Virus record (IMG/VR): IMGVR_UViG_3300037474_000056
Coordinates: 1-50,055 of that record
Reading direction: 5' to 3' (one strand)
Length of the DNA stretch: 50,055 bases
Source of the DNA: a virus
Lineage: Duplodnaviria; Caudoviricetes
In this document: piece by piece, positions 8,244 through 15,016 of the stretch
Position numbering within the stretch: position 1 is the stretch's first letter
How the letters are laid out: each line of letters begins with the position of its first letter
Position numbers and translations under genes: made by a program
Notes under the pieces: model-generated
What the model was told of the DNA's origin: nothing
The model's database searches: none
The model's input: only the letters and a program-made list of their open reading frames with translations

Positions 8244-8400
8244 GCCACAGTCTCCGCTCTGCCAGTGCGGGCACTCCCGCGGGTGGCACGCCGCGGGCTG
8301 TCGCCGGTGCTCCTGCTCGGAGTTCCGTGTGCCGGACCTGATGGCCGCGCTCAAGGCGTCGCTCGATGCTGCTGCTTCCCGAGAGGAGGACGCCAAGTGA
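8236..8400 (+). CDS. Small Zn-binding protein with Ku-like C-terminal helix
   Basis: GAGGAGG RBS; CQCGH..H..CRRCSC followed by VPDLMAALKASL. Confidence 0.65.
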   Translation: MAKPQSPLCQCGHSRGWHAAGCRRCSCSEFRVPDLMAALKASLDAAASREEDAK

Positions 8401-8678
8401 TCGCCTGGGCGCCTCGTAAGGGAGTCGCCGGCCCGTGGCACGTGTCGCTTCAGGACGGCCAATACCCGGCCATGTCCCTTTGCGGTGTTCGTGTGCAAGG
8501 CGTCGAGCGCTACGTCAAGCGAGACCCGCACAAGATCGACGACTACCGCGGCGAGCGCTGCAAGCCGTGCTGGCGTGAGTGGCGCATGATGACTGCCGCC
8601 TCGTACGCCAAGCAGGACCAGCACGAATCTGCTGCTTCCCCGAGGACTCTCCCTGATCGAAAGGACACCGATGCGTGA
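8397..8678 (+). CDS. Hypothetical protein
   Basis: GAGGAGG RBS, GTGA overlap; WH...LCG...CKPC. Confidence 0.65.
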   Translation: MIAWAPRKGVAGPWHVSLQDGQYPAMSLCGVRVQGVERYVKRDPHKIDDYRGERCKPCWREWRMMTAASYAKQDQHESAASPRTLPDRKDTDA

Positions 8679-8937
8679 GAAGCCCCTAGACGCCCTGCTG
8701 GACTCGATCGAGACGCTGGACGTCAACAAGATCAGCGGCGTAATCAAGCGCTTGGAGTCGGTGTCGCAGCAGAACCCCGGTCTCATCTTTCACGAGGTGG
8801 ACAAGGCCAAGCACAAGATCGAGGCTGCGATCCAAGATCTCATCGCGGCCCAAGGCGAGCTGCAACGCGCGGTCGGCCGCGTAGTCGTGAAGCAGCACCG
8901 CGAGCGGCCCCGTGAGGAGGCGATGCCCCGTGCCTAG
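8671..8937 (+). CDS. Helical hypothetical protein
   Basis: AAAGGA RBS; coupled to neighbours. Confidence 0.65.
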   Translation: MREKPLDALLDSIETLDVNKISGVIKRLESVSQQNPGLIFHEVDKAKHKIEAAIQDLIAAQGELQRAVGRVVVKQHRERPREEAMPRA

Positions 8938-9184
8938 CGAGCTTCCTCGTCAAGGCTCCGGAGACTGGGCGTTCATCGGGACCACCGCCGAAGGCGTGGA
9001 GGTGCGCGTCGAAGGTGAGCCCTACTCGCCCCGCGTCTGGCTGGACGGCGTCGAGGTCGCGGTGACGGGCATGCCGCAGCTTCTCCGCGATGGGGGTACG
9101 CGACACATCCCGACTGAGCGCGGGAGGCTGACACTGCCGCACCGGATCGGCAATCCTGACCGGACGCCGAGGCTCGCGTCATGA
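8930..9184 (+). CDS. Hypothetical protein
   Basis: GAGGAGG RBS; GTGCCTAG overlap. Confidence 0.6.
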   Translation: MPSELPRQGSGDWAFIGTTAEGVEVRVEGEPYSPRVWLDGVEVAVTGMPQLLRDGGTRHIPTERGRLTLPHRIGNPDRTPRLAS

Positions 9185-9366
9185 CTAGCCAAAGCACGAC
9201 TATTTCGATCACGGTCAAGCAGGGTGTGCGCGGTATGGGCTGGGTGTGGTCGGTCCAGCGGGTCGATCCTCATCCGGTTGAGCAGCTCGGCGGTGGCGTG
9301 GCGGGCACGCGGCAGGAGGCGTGGGCTGATGTGGCGTCGGTGCTTTACGACCAGGGCGATGCATGA
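9181..9366 (+). CDS. Hypothetical protein
   Basis: ATGA-coupled. Confidence 0.6.
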   Translation: MTSQSTTISITVKQGVRGMGWVWSVQRVDPHPVEQLGGGVAGTRQEAWADVASVLYDQGDA

Positions 9367-9626
9367 TGAGCTCAGCTCAAAGCACGCGAGAACGTTTGAC
9401 CGACCCGCAAGTCTGCGTTCTTCGCGCCGTCCAGGTCATGCAGGACGGCCCCGATGAGTACGGCCACGACGCAGAGGGCGACCTGAGCCTCTGGTCGGGG
9501 AACCTCACCCACACGCTCCGGGTGCTGCGCCGGCGTGGGCTGATCGAGGACTACGACGTGATGGAGCCCGACATGTACTACACGAACGTGCGCCTCACGG
9601 CGGCGGGGCGGGAGGCGCTCCGGTGA
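9363..9626 (+). CDS. Winged-helix-like protein
   Basis: LTDPQVCVL...TLRVLRRRGLIE...VRLTAAGREAL. Confidence 0.6.
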   Translation: MMSSAQSTRERLTDPQVCVLRAVQVMQDGPDEYGHDAEGDLSLWSGNLTHTLRVLRRRGLIEDYDVMEPDMYYTNVRLTAAGREALR

Positions 9627-9808
9627 GCTCATCACGAAGCAGCGGAGATGCACTGACCACCGTCGTCACTTACGACGCCGAGGCACGGGCCTCCTATCAG
9701 CAGTTGCGCGATCTGCCGGTGGCGTACACCCGTGAAATGTGGGAGGGCGTGTTCTACGACTTCGCCGCTGACGGCTCCGTGGTCGGAATCGAGCGTCTGT
9801 ATGCCTGA
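9623..9808 (+). CDS. DUF2283-like small protein
   Basis: VTYDAEARASY..L...T.E....FYDFAADGSVVGIE pattern. Confidence 0.7.
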   Translation: MSSSRSSGDALTTVVTYDAEARASYQQLRDLPVAYTREMWEGVFYDFAADGSVVGIERLYA

Positions 9809-10076
9809 CTCGCTCACAACGCAAAGCAGCGGAGACGATCTGACCCATGGGGAGATCCCGCGCGACTTCTGGCGCGAGATTCCCTGCGGCCATCCGCCCG
9901 ATCCCGTTGCCGCCTTCGCGAGTTGTGCTGGCTGCTCGGCGGGGCACTGGGTCTGCCATTGCGGATGGCAGCTCAACGTCGCCGAGGCGCTTCCCGAGCG
10001 CCTACCCGAGGCTCCCGGCCCGATCGTGCTGTGCGGGAAGTGTGGTTGCTACGTGGCGGTGCCCGATGCCGTCTGA
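9801..10076 (+). CDS. Cys-rich Zn-binding protein
   Basis: CGH, CAGC, CHCG and CGKCGC motifs. Confidence 0.6.
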   Translation: MPDSLTTQSSGDDLTHGEIPRDFWREIPCGHPPDPVAAFASCAGCSAGHWVCHCGWQLNVAEALPERLPEAPGPIVLCGKCGCYVAVPDAV

Positions 10077-10428
10077 GAACCGCGAGGGGCTACAGGACAG
10101 CAAGCGAGAGCTGCGCTTCGAGGGCGTCGTGGACTACTGGGAAGGCGGGCTGCTCGACGTCGGACCGCGCATCGGTGAGCGCGACGTCATCGGGGAGATC
10201 GAAGAACTCTGGCCCTGGTCGTCCTCCAGCAGCAAGGACCGCGAGGTTCGAGTCACGCTCGGGGTCGAACCGCTCGCGGAAGGGCCGCTTTGGGCAATCC
10301 ACGGCTTCGGCGGCACGGACGTCACTCCGCCCGAGTCGCCAGAGATCACGGTTGGAGACTTCGACCTCCTCAAGCGCCTCTACGACCTCGACGGGCGCGA
10401 CGTGATCCTGATCGTGGAGGACGTCTGA
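10066..10428 (+). CDS. Acidic hypothetical protein
   Basis: Start overlaps the upstream gene; normal codon usage. Confidence 0.65.
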   Translation: MPSENREGLQDSKRELRFEGVVDYWEGGLLDVGPRIGERDVIGEIEELWPWSSSSSKDREVRVTLGVEPLAEGPLWAIHGFGGTDVTPPESPEITVGDFDLLKRLYDLDGRDVILIVEDV

Positions 10429-10463
10429 GGCCATGTCGCTTTCACGCGGCAGCAAGCGAGGCC

Positions 10464-10682
10464 ATGCCTGACGGCAACGTCATAGGGTTGCCCGTCCGCG
10501 AGCCGGAACGCTACGTCACGCGCAGCGAGCTCGCCGGACTCATGGGCGTCTCTTTGCGCCAGGTCGACGCTTGGCGCAAAGACGGGATGCCGTGCGAGAC
10601 ATGGGGGCTCCGAGTGGTTAGGTTCCAGCCGAGCCGCGCCATGGCCTGGGTGCGGCAGAACGCCCACAAGGAAGCCGCATGA
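10464..10682 (+). CDS. Excisionase (Xis-like HTH)
   Basis: YVTRSELAGLMGVSLRQVDAWRKDGMP...VRF; lies upstream of the integrase. Confidence 0.75.
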   Translation: MPDGNVIGLPVREPERYVTRSELAGLMGVSLRQVDAWRKDGMPCETWGLRVVRFQPSRAMAWVRQNAHKEAA

Positions 10683-10828
10683 CCGACCTCGAACGCGCAC
10701 TCTCCGAACTGCGAGCCGCTATCGCCAGGGAGCTACGCAACGGCGGCGCCCACTTTTTCGTCGGCGTGTGGGTCGGGATGCTGATCATGTTCATCGCGTT
10801 CGTCGCTACTCAAGGCTGGCCGTCGTGA
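10679..10828 (+). CDS. Small membrane protein (49 aa)
   Basis: Read manually; hydrophobic FFVGVWVGMLIMFIAFVAT; ATGA/GTGA coupled. Confidence 0.6.
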   Translation: MTDLERALSELRAAIARELRNGGAHFFVGVWVGMLIMFIAFVATQGWPS

Positions 10829-11880
10829 TCCAGCGCCGCCCCAACGGCCGGTACGCCGTCACCGTCTACGACCCCGCCCTCAAGCGCCGCCGGCAGGTCG
10901 GCACGTACGACAAGCTCCGGGACGCCCGCAAGGCAGAAGCCGAAGCCAAAGCGGAGACCCGGAGCGCGGACCGCGAGACCGTCGCGGCGTTCGCCGCCCG
11001 CTGGACCACTGATTTCCCGCGGCCGAAGGTCAGCACGAACCTGCACAACGCCGAACGCGTCAGCGAGTTCGCGCGCCTCCACGCCCGGACCGCCATGAGC
11101 GATGTGACCGCCAAGACCGTCGACCGGTATCTCTCAGCGGACCCGCGCCGCAAGCAGCGCGTCCCCGCGCTCCGCGCGATGTTCAACGACGCCCGCCGCC
11201 GCGGCATCACCACCCACAACCCTTTCGCTGACCTCGGCCTGCCGACGACCCGCGGGAACCGGGACACGCCTCCCCCGTCACAGGACCACATCGCGGTCAT
11301 GCTCGAGCACGCCTGGAACCTCACGCCGCCCACATTCGCGGCGTGGCTGACGTTCGGCGTCTACACGGGGATGCGGCCCGGGGAGCTCGACGCGCTGCAC
11401 CGTGACCGCATCGACCTTGAACGCGACGAGGTCCATGTCACCGAACAGTGGAGCGTTGGGGCGAGGGACTTCACGCGCCCCAAGAACGGCAAGACCCGCG
11501 TGATCGCGTTGACCCCGCCCGCCAGGGACGCGTTCCTGCGCATCCCCCGGGAGTCGCAGTTCGCGTTCACGACGTTGCGCGGCACCCACTACACGCCATC
11601 GTCCCGGTCGTTCCACTGGAACCGGGTCCGTGCCGCCGCCGGCCTGCACGACAAGACCCTGTACCTCTGCACGCGGCACTTTGCGGGCTGGTACCTGCTC
11701 AACGTGCTCGACATGGACGCCCCCGTTGTGGCGCACCAGTTGGGGCATGAGGACGGTGGCCGTGAGGTGGAGCGGACGTACGGGCACCGTGAGCGCGCCC
11801 GGTCGTTGGAGAAGATCAAGCGGGCGTGGGCGGCCGAGGTCCGGCCGTTGCGCGCCGTGGACCGGAGGGACACCGCATGA
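10825..11880 (+). CDS. int: Phage tyrosine integrase
   Basis: N-terminal arm-binding-like region; TGMRPGEL, PKNG, TRH, LGH, RTY catalytic motifs. Confidence 0.92.
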   Translation: MIQRRPNGRYAVTVYDPALKRRRQVGTYDKLRDARKAEAEAKAETRSADRETVAAFAARWTTDFPRPKVSTNLHNAERVSEFARLHARTAMSDVTAKTVDRYLSADPRRKQRVPALRAMFNDARRRGITTHNPFADLGLPTTRGNRDTPPPSQDHIAVMLEHAWNLTPPTFAAWLTFGVYTGMRPGELDALHRDRIDLERDEVHVTEQWSVGARDFTRPKNGKTRVIALTPPARDAFLRIPRESQFAFTTLRGTHYTPSSRSFHWNRVRAAAGLHDKTLYLCTRHFAGWYLLNVLDMDAPVVAHQLGHEDGGREVERTYGHRERARSLEKIKRAWAAEVRPLRAVDRRDTA

Positions 11881-12161
11881 GCCTCGTTGATGACTGGAAC
11901 GAGCACTGCCCCACGTGTCGGATGCCGCTGGTCGAACGCACCGTGACGTGGGGTCCGCCGCCTGACGGGCTCGTCGAACAGGGCGCCGATGGCGTGCGCG
12001 TCACGGCGATCATCGGACGCGTACCGAAGCGCATCGAGGTCACGTGCTCAAGTGGCCACAGGTTCACCGCGCAGACGCATGAGTGGTCCATCGACCGGGG
12101 CCACCGGTATCGCGGATTGGCTCCAGTAGGTAGCCACGAAGGTAGCCAAACCGCTGATTAG
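11877..12161 (+). CDS. Zn-ribbon hypothetical protein
   Basis: ATGA overlap; CPTC...CSSGH. Confidence 0.55.
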   Translation: MSLVDDWNEHCPTCRMPLVERTVTWGPPPDGLVEQGADGVRVTAIIGRVPKRIEVTCSSGHRFTAQTHEWSIDRGHRYRGLAPVGSHEGSQTAD

Positions 12162-12336
12162 CAGGCAAAATGCCCTGTCTCCCCGACCTAAACCCCGCTG
12201 TTGCAGCCAAATGCACAGCACCGCACCGACGCAGGCGCAACCCGCGCCACAGCGTCAATCCTCACGCAGCAGGGCCGAACCGCACAGTCCGCGGCCAGGC
12301 CCGTGTAGGTAGCCACGTAGGTAGCCGCCGGCTACC
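12126..12336. other. Putative attP with integrase arm-type sites
   Basis: GTAGGTAGCCACGAAGGTAGCC (12126-47), GTAGGTAGCCACGTAGGTAGCC (12305-26) and an inverted GGCTACC (12330-36), flanking about 155 bp downstream of int. Confidence 0.75.
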
Positions 12337-12380
12337 CATCCACCCCCGTCTAAGGCTCAATAGCGAGCATCGGAGGCCCC

Positions 12381-12860
12381 TTGAAGATCTACGTGATCCT
12401 GCCGCCTGACGCCATCGGCGAAGTCATGCGCGGCGAACGCACCGAACTCCCCACCGTCGCCCCCGCCCCCGTAGGCGCCATCGTCGCCGTCAAACGCGCC
12501 CGCAACCGCCGCCCCACCTGCCTGCTCGAAGTCACCGACTGCCAACCCGACACCGACGGGCACACCCTCACCGTCCGCATATCACCGAACGAACACGAAC
12601 CCCTACTCCTCGCCGCCGACTCCAGCCGCGGCTACACCAACGACCCGCGCCTCGCGCTCAAGGGCGAACCCGAAGCCGTCCAGATCGAGATCCTGCACGA
12701 ACGATGGAAGTACCGTTCCGCGAAGCGCCTGACCGAAGCCAGGTCGGAGCCGCAGCGCCGGCACCGCGCACGCGAGCTCGAACGCCAGGTCCGCAGCCTC
12801 GCGCTGGCGGATGACCCGAAAGTCGACCGGATCGAGATGATCCTCAAGGAGGCCGCATGA
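12381..12860 (+). CDS. Hypothetical protein, possible ASCH/PUA-like N-terminus
   Basis: GGAGG RBS with TTG start; VMRGERT...VG..V.V...LEVT pattern. Confidence 0.55.
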   Translation: MKIYVILPPDAIGEVMRGERTELPTVAPAPVGAIVAVKRARNRRPTCLLEVTDCQPDTDGHTLTVRISPNEHEPLLLAADSSRGYTNDPRLALKGEPEAVQIEILHERWKYRSAKRLTEARSEPQRRHRARELERQVRSLALADDPKVDRIEMILKEAA

Positions 12861-12982
12861 TCGAATGCGGCCGTAGAGGCTGCCCGTCGGCGCCCGGGTG
12901 GTGGTGCCCGAAGTGCCTGCCGCGGACCTACCCCGCCATGCTGCCCGACTTGCGAGATGTCTATCCCGCCAGGCGGTTGTAG
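12857..12982 (+). CDS. Small Cys-containing protein (41 aa)
   Basis: Read manually; AAGGAGG RBS, ATGA overlap. Confidence 0.5.
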   Translation: MIECGRRGCPSAPGWWCPKCLPRTYPAMLPDLRDVYPARRL

Positions 12983-12988
12983 GTTCCC

Positions 12989-13008
12989 GTACCCCGATGG
13001 GGTACAAT
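12989..13008 (+). promoter_or_regulatory. Palindromic operator overlapping a -10 element
   Basis: GTACCCC-GAT-GGGGTAC (12989-13005) overlapping TACAAT (13003-08). Confidence 0.5.
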
Positions 13009-13195
13009 CCCGCCTAGCTGCCCGCCAGATCCCGTGAGTACGGACCCGGGATCGCTGATGAGCAACCATGCCGGCCCTAGTCCGGCGACCCCCGAATCAC
13101 GGAGCTTGGAGGCCCGCCGTGATCAACAGCAGCGTCATCGTCTGGGACGGCACAGCCCCAGGCGACATCTACGTCATCGGACCGGGACGCCCCCA

Positions 13196-13375
13196 ATGGC
13201 CGACGACCGCATGACCAGCGCCGAAGCTGAACGGCGACTCGACAGCATCTTCATCTGCGGCGGCACCCCCGAAGAGCGCCGATTCGCCATCAAGCGATGG
13301 ACCGACGCGCTAGCCCGCGAGTGGTACGTCCAACGATCCGCAGAGAAGAAGGCAACCGCGAAGGCCGTCCGATGA
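13196..13375 (+). CDS. Hypothetical protein
   Basis: Start uncertain (13196 or 13211); coupled to the next gene. Confidence 0.5.
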   Translation: MADDRMTSAEAERRLDSIFICGGTPEERRFAIKRWTDALAREWYVQRSAEKKATAKAVR

Positions 13376-13545
13376 GACGCCCGGCCGCGGTCATCAAACA
13401 GTACCTGTGCGGCCATTACCACACGCACGAACTGGACTGGCCGTACTTCGACATGCTCGGTTACGCCCGCTGCCGGCACTGCCATGCGGACATGACCGTG
13501 CCGCCCGCGTCGGTTGGTGCAACCCACCCCGATAGCGGCGACTGA
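13372..13545 (+). CDS. Small Cys/His protein
   Basis: ATGA overlap; LCGH.H...CRHC. Confidence 0.55.
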   Translation: MRRPAAVIKQYLCGHYHTHELDWPYFDMLGYARCRHCHADMTVPPASVGATHPDSGD

Positions 13546-13548
13546 GCC

Positions 13549-13701
13549 ATGAGAACGCGCAGCACACGCCAATGGATCGGCGCGATTCTCCGCAACGTCG
13601 CCCAGAAAATCGACCCGCAGCCCACGTACCTGTCGTGGACGTACCACACCGAGACCGGGAATTACACGGTCACGCACTGGACTAGGCCCCCGCGGGGGTG
13701 A
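13549..13701 (+). CDS. Hypothetical protein (50 aa)
   Basis: Read manually; fills the gap between neighbours. Confidence 0.45.
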   Translation: MRTRSTRQWIGAILRNVAQKIDPQPTYLSWTYHTETGNYTVTHWTRPPRG

Positions 13702-13704
13702 CCG

Positions 13705-13980
13705 GTGTCACGGTTCGGGCTGACTCCGCGCGAGCGCGAGTTCGTTGAGCTGCTCGCCCAAGGTCACCGCGCGACTGAAGCCGCCCGGATCATGGGAATC
13801 GCGGACTACACGGCCCGCGAGTACCGCCGTGGCGCGTGCCGCAAGATGGGCGCCACCTCAGGTTTGCAGCTCGCGGTCCGGTGGCTGCTCGAGGTCGAGC
13901 TAAAGCGTGTCTATCTGGCCGGGTACCGCCGCGGTGCCCGGGAGGCCAGGGAGGCGTGGGAACGCGCCTGGAAGTCCTAG
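13705..13980 (+). CDS. LuxR/GerE-type HTH transcriptional regulator
   Basis: GLTPREREFVELLAQG..ATEAARIMGI...TA..Y......KMG. Confidence 0.85.
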   Translation: MSRFGLTPREREFVELLAQGHRATEAARIMGIADYTAREYRRGACRKMGATSGLQLAVRWLLEVELKRVYLAGYRRGAREAREAWERAWKS

Positions 13981-14008
13981 CACTAAGACCGGCTCTAAGG
14001 AGGCCGCG

Positions 14009-15010
14009 ATGCCCAAGTATGACGTGCGCCTCGAGTCCCAGACCGACTCCCAGGCGCGAATCCTCACCCTCGACGCAGACACCCCCGACCAGGCCCGGCA
14101 GATCGCCGAGCAGTCCGAGGTGGACCTCGCGAACTTCACCCTGCTCCCGCCGGAAAAGGACGTGTGGGAGCAGCCCCCCGGAACCCGCGACGACGAAACG
14201 GACGGTCTCGTTGACCTGTCCCGGTGGGACGCGCACGACAAGCAGTGGGCGGACTGGGCCGCCGGCCTGTCCTACAAGGACGCGGTCAAGGCCGCCAAGG
14301 ACCGGCTCGCCGGGTACGAGCACTGCACCGACATCACCAGCCGTGGGAAGGTGCGGGCGACGTCGCTGAAGGGCCGGCCGCTCGCCCGTCTGCTCGCGCA
14401 CCGCCAGGCCGAGCCGTACGCCGTCACCGAAGTCCGGGAGATCACTCAGGCTGGGCTCGACGCGCAGGAACTCGTCCGGCTCGCGAAGACGCTGCGGGAG
14501 AACGACCCGTCCGCCTGGTCGGCGACGTTGCAGCGCCTCCATGACGCCGGTGTGCCGCTGAACGCGGTCACCGCTGTCCTGTACGGGGTGCCGTGGCAGA
14601 AGCAGATCGACGGGTCCTCGACGACCGTGTTCAGCTCGGCGACGGTGAAGATGAGCTTGCACACCGGGTACACGCTCGATCAGGACGCGCACGACTTCTT
14701 CAACGACGTGTCCGGCACGGAGATCGCGAACGGCAACGGGTACACCACCGGCGGGTACACGTTCGCTAACAAGGCGAGCAGCTACGACACCGCCAGCGAC
14801 CAGGTTCGGCTTGACAACACCGTCGACCCGAACTGGACGAGCAGCACGATCAGCGCGACGGACGCGATCGTGTGGGTCGACACCGCCGGTGCCAGCAGCA
14901 CCGACCCGGTGTACGGGGCGATCGACTTCGGCGCCACCGTCACCACCTCGAACGGCACGTTCACGATCGCCCTTGACGCGACGGGCTGGGCCGTCTTCGA
15001 CCTCACCTAG
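14009..15010 (+). CDS. Virion accessory protein with long N-terminal extension
   Basis: AAGGAGG RBS; C-terminal domain (TVKMSLH...GYTTGG...W...TI.A..A....DFG..VT.SNGTFTI) typical of minor virion proteins. Confidence 0.65.
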   Translation: MPKYDVRLESQTDSQARILTLDADTPDQARQIAEQSEVDLANFTLLPPEKDVWEQPPGTRDDETDGLVDLSRWDAHDKQWADWAAGLSYKDAVKAAKDRLAGYEHCTDITSRGKVRATSLKGRPLARLLAHRQAEPYAVTEVREITQAGLDAQELVRLAKTLRENDPSAWSATLQRLHDAGVPLNAVTAVLYGVPWQKQIDGSSTTVFSSATVKMSLHTGYTLDQDAHDFFNDVSGTEIANGNGYTTGGYTFANKASSYDTASDQVRLDNTVDPNWTSSTISATDAIVWVDTAGASSTDPVYGAIDFGATVTTSNGTFTIALDATGWAVFDLT

Positions 15011-15016
15011 GCCGTT

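Larger units (their letters stand above)
4603..10461 (+). repeat. Array 1 of degenerate inverted-repeat sites inside gene 5' ends
   Basis: Sites near 4603, 5274, 5960, 6338, 6574, 7002, 7576, 8410, 8933, 9192, 9380, 9637, 9804, 10098 and 10430; right arm near AAGCA(GCG/CGC)GAGA. Confidence 0.7.

Noticed and set aside
4603-10461. Junction sites as classical integron attC sites
   Set aside because: They are short (about 32 bp), lie inside gene starts and lack RYYYAAC/GTTRRRY ends. The recombinase shows no evident IntI-specific insertion.
12162-12380. tRNA or other RNA gene near attP
   Set aside because: No cloverleaf or T-loop GTTCGA signature was recognised by eye; a covariance search would be needed to exclude it.
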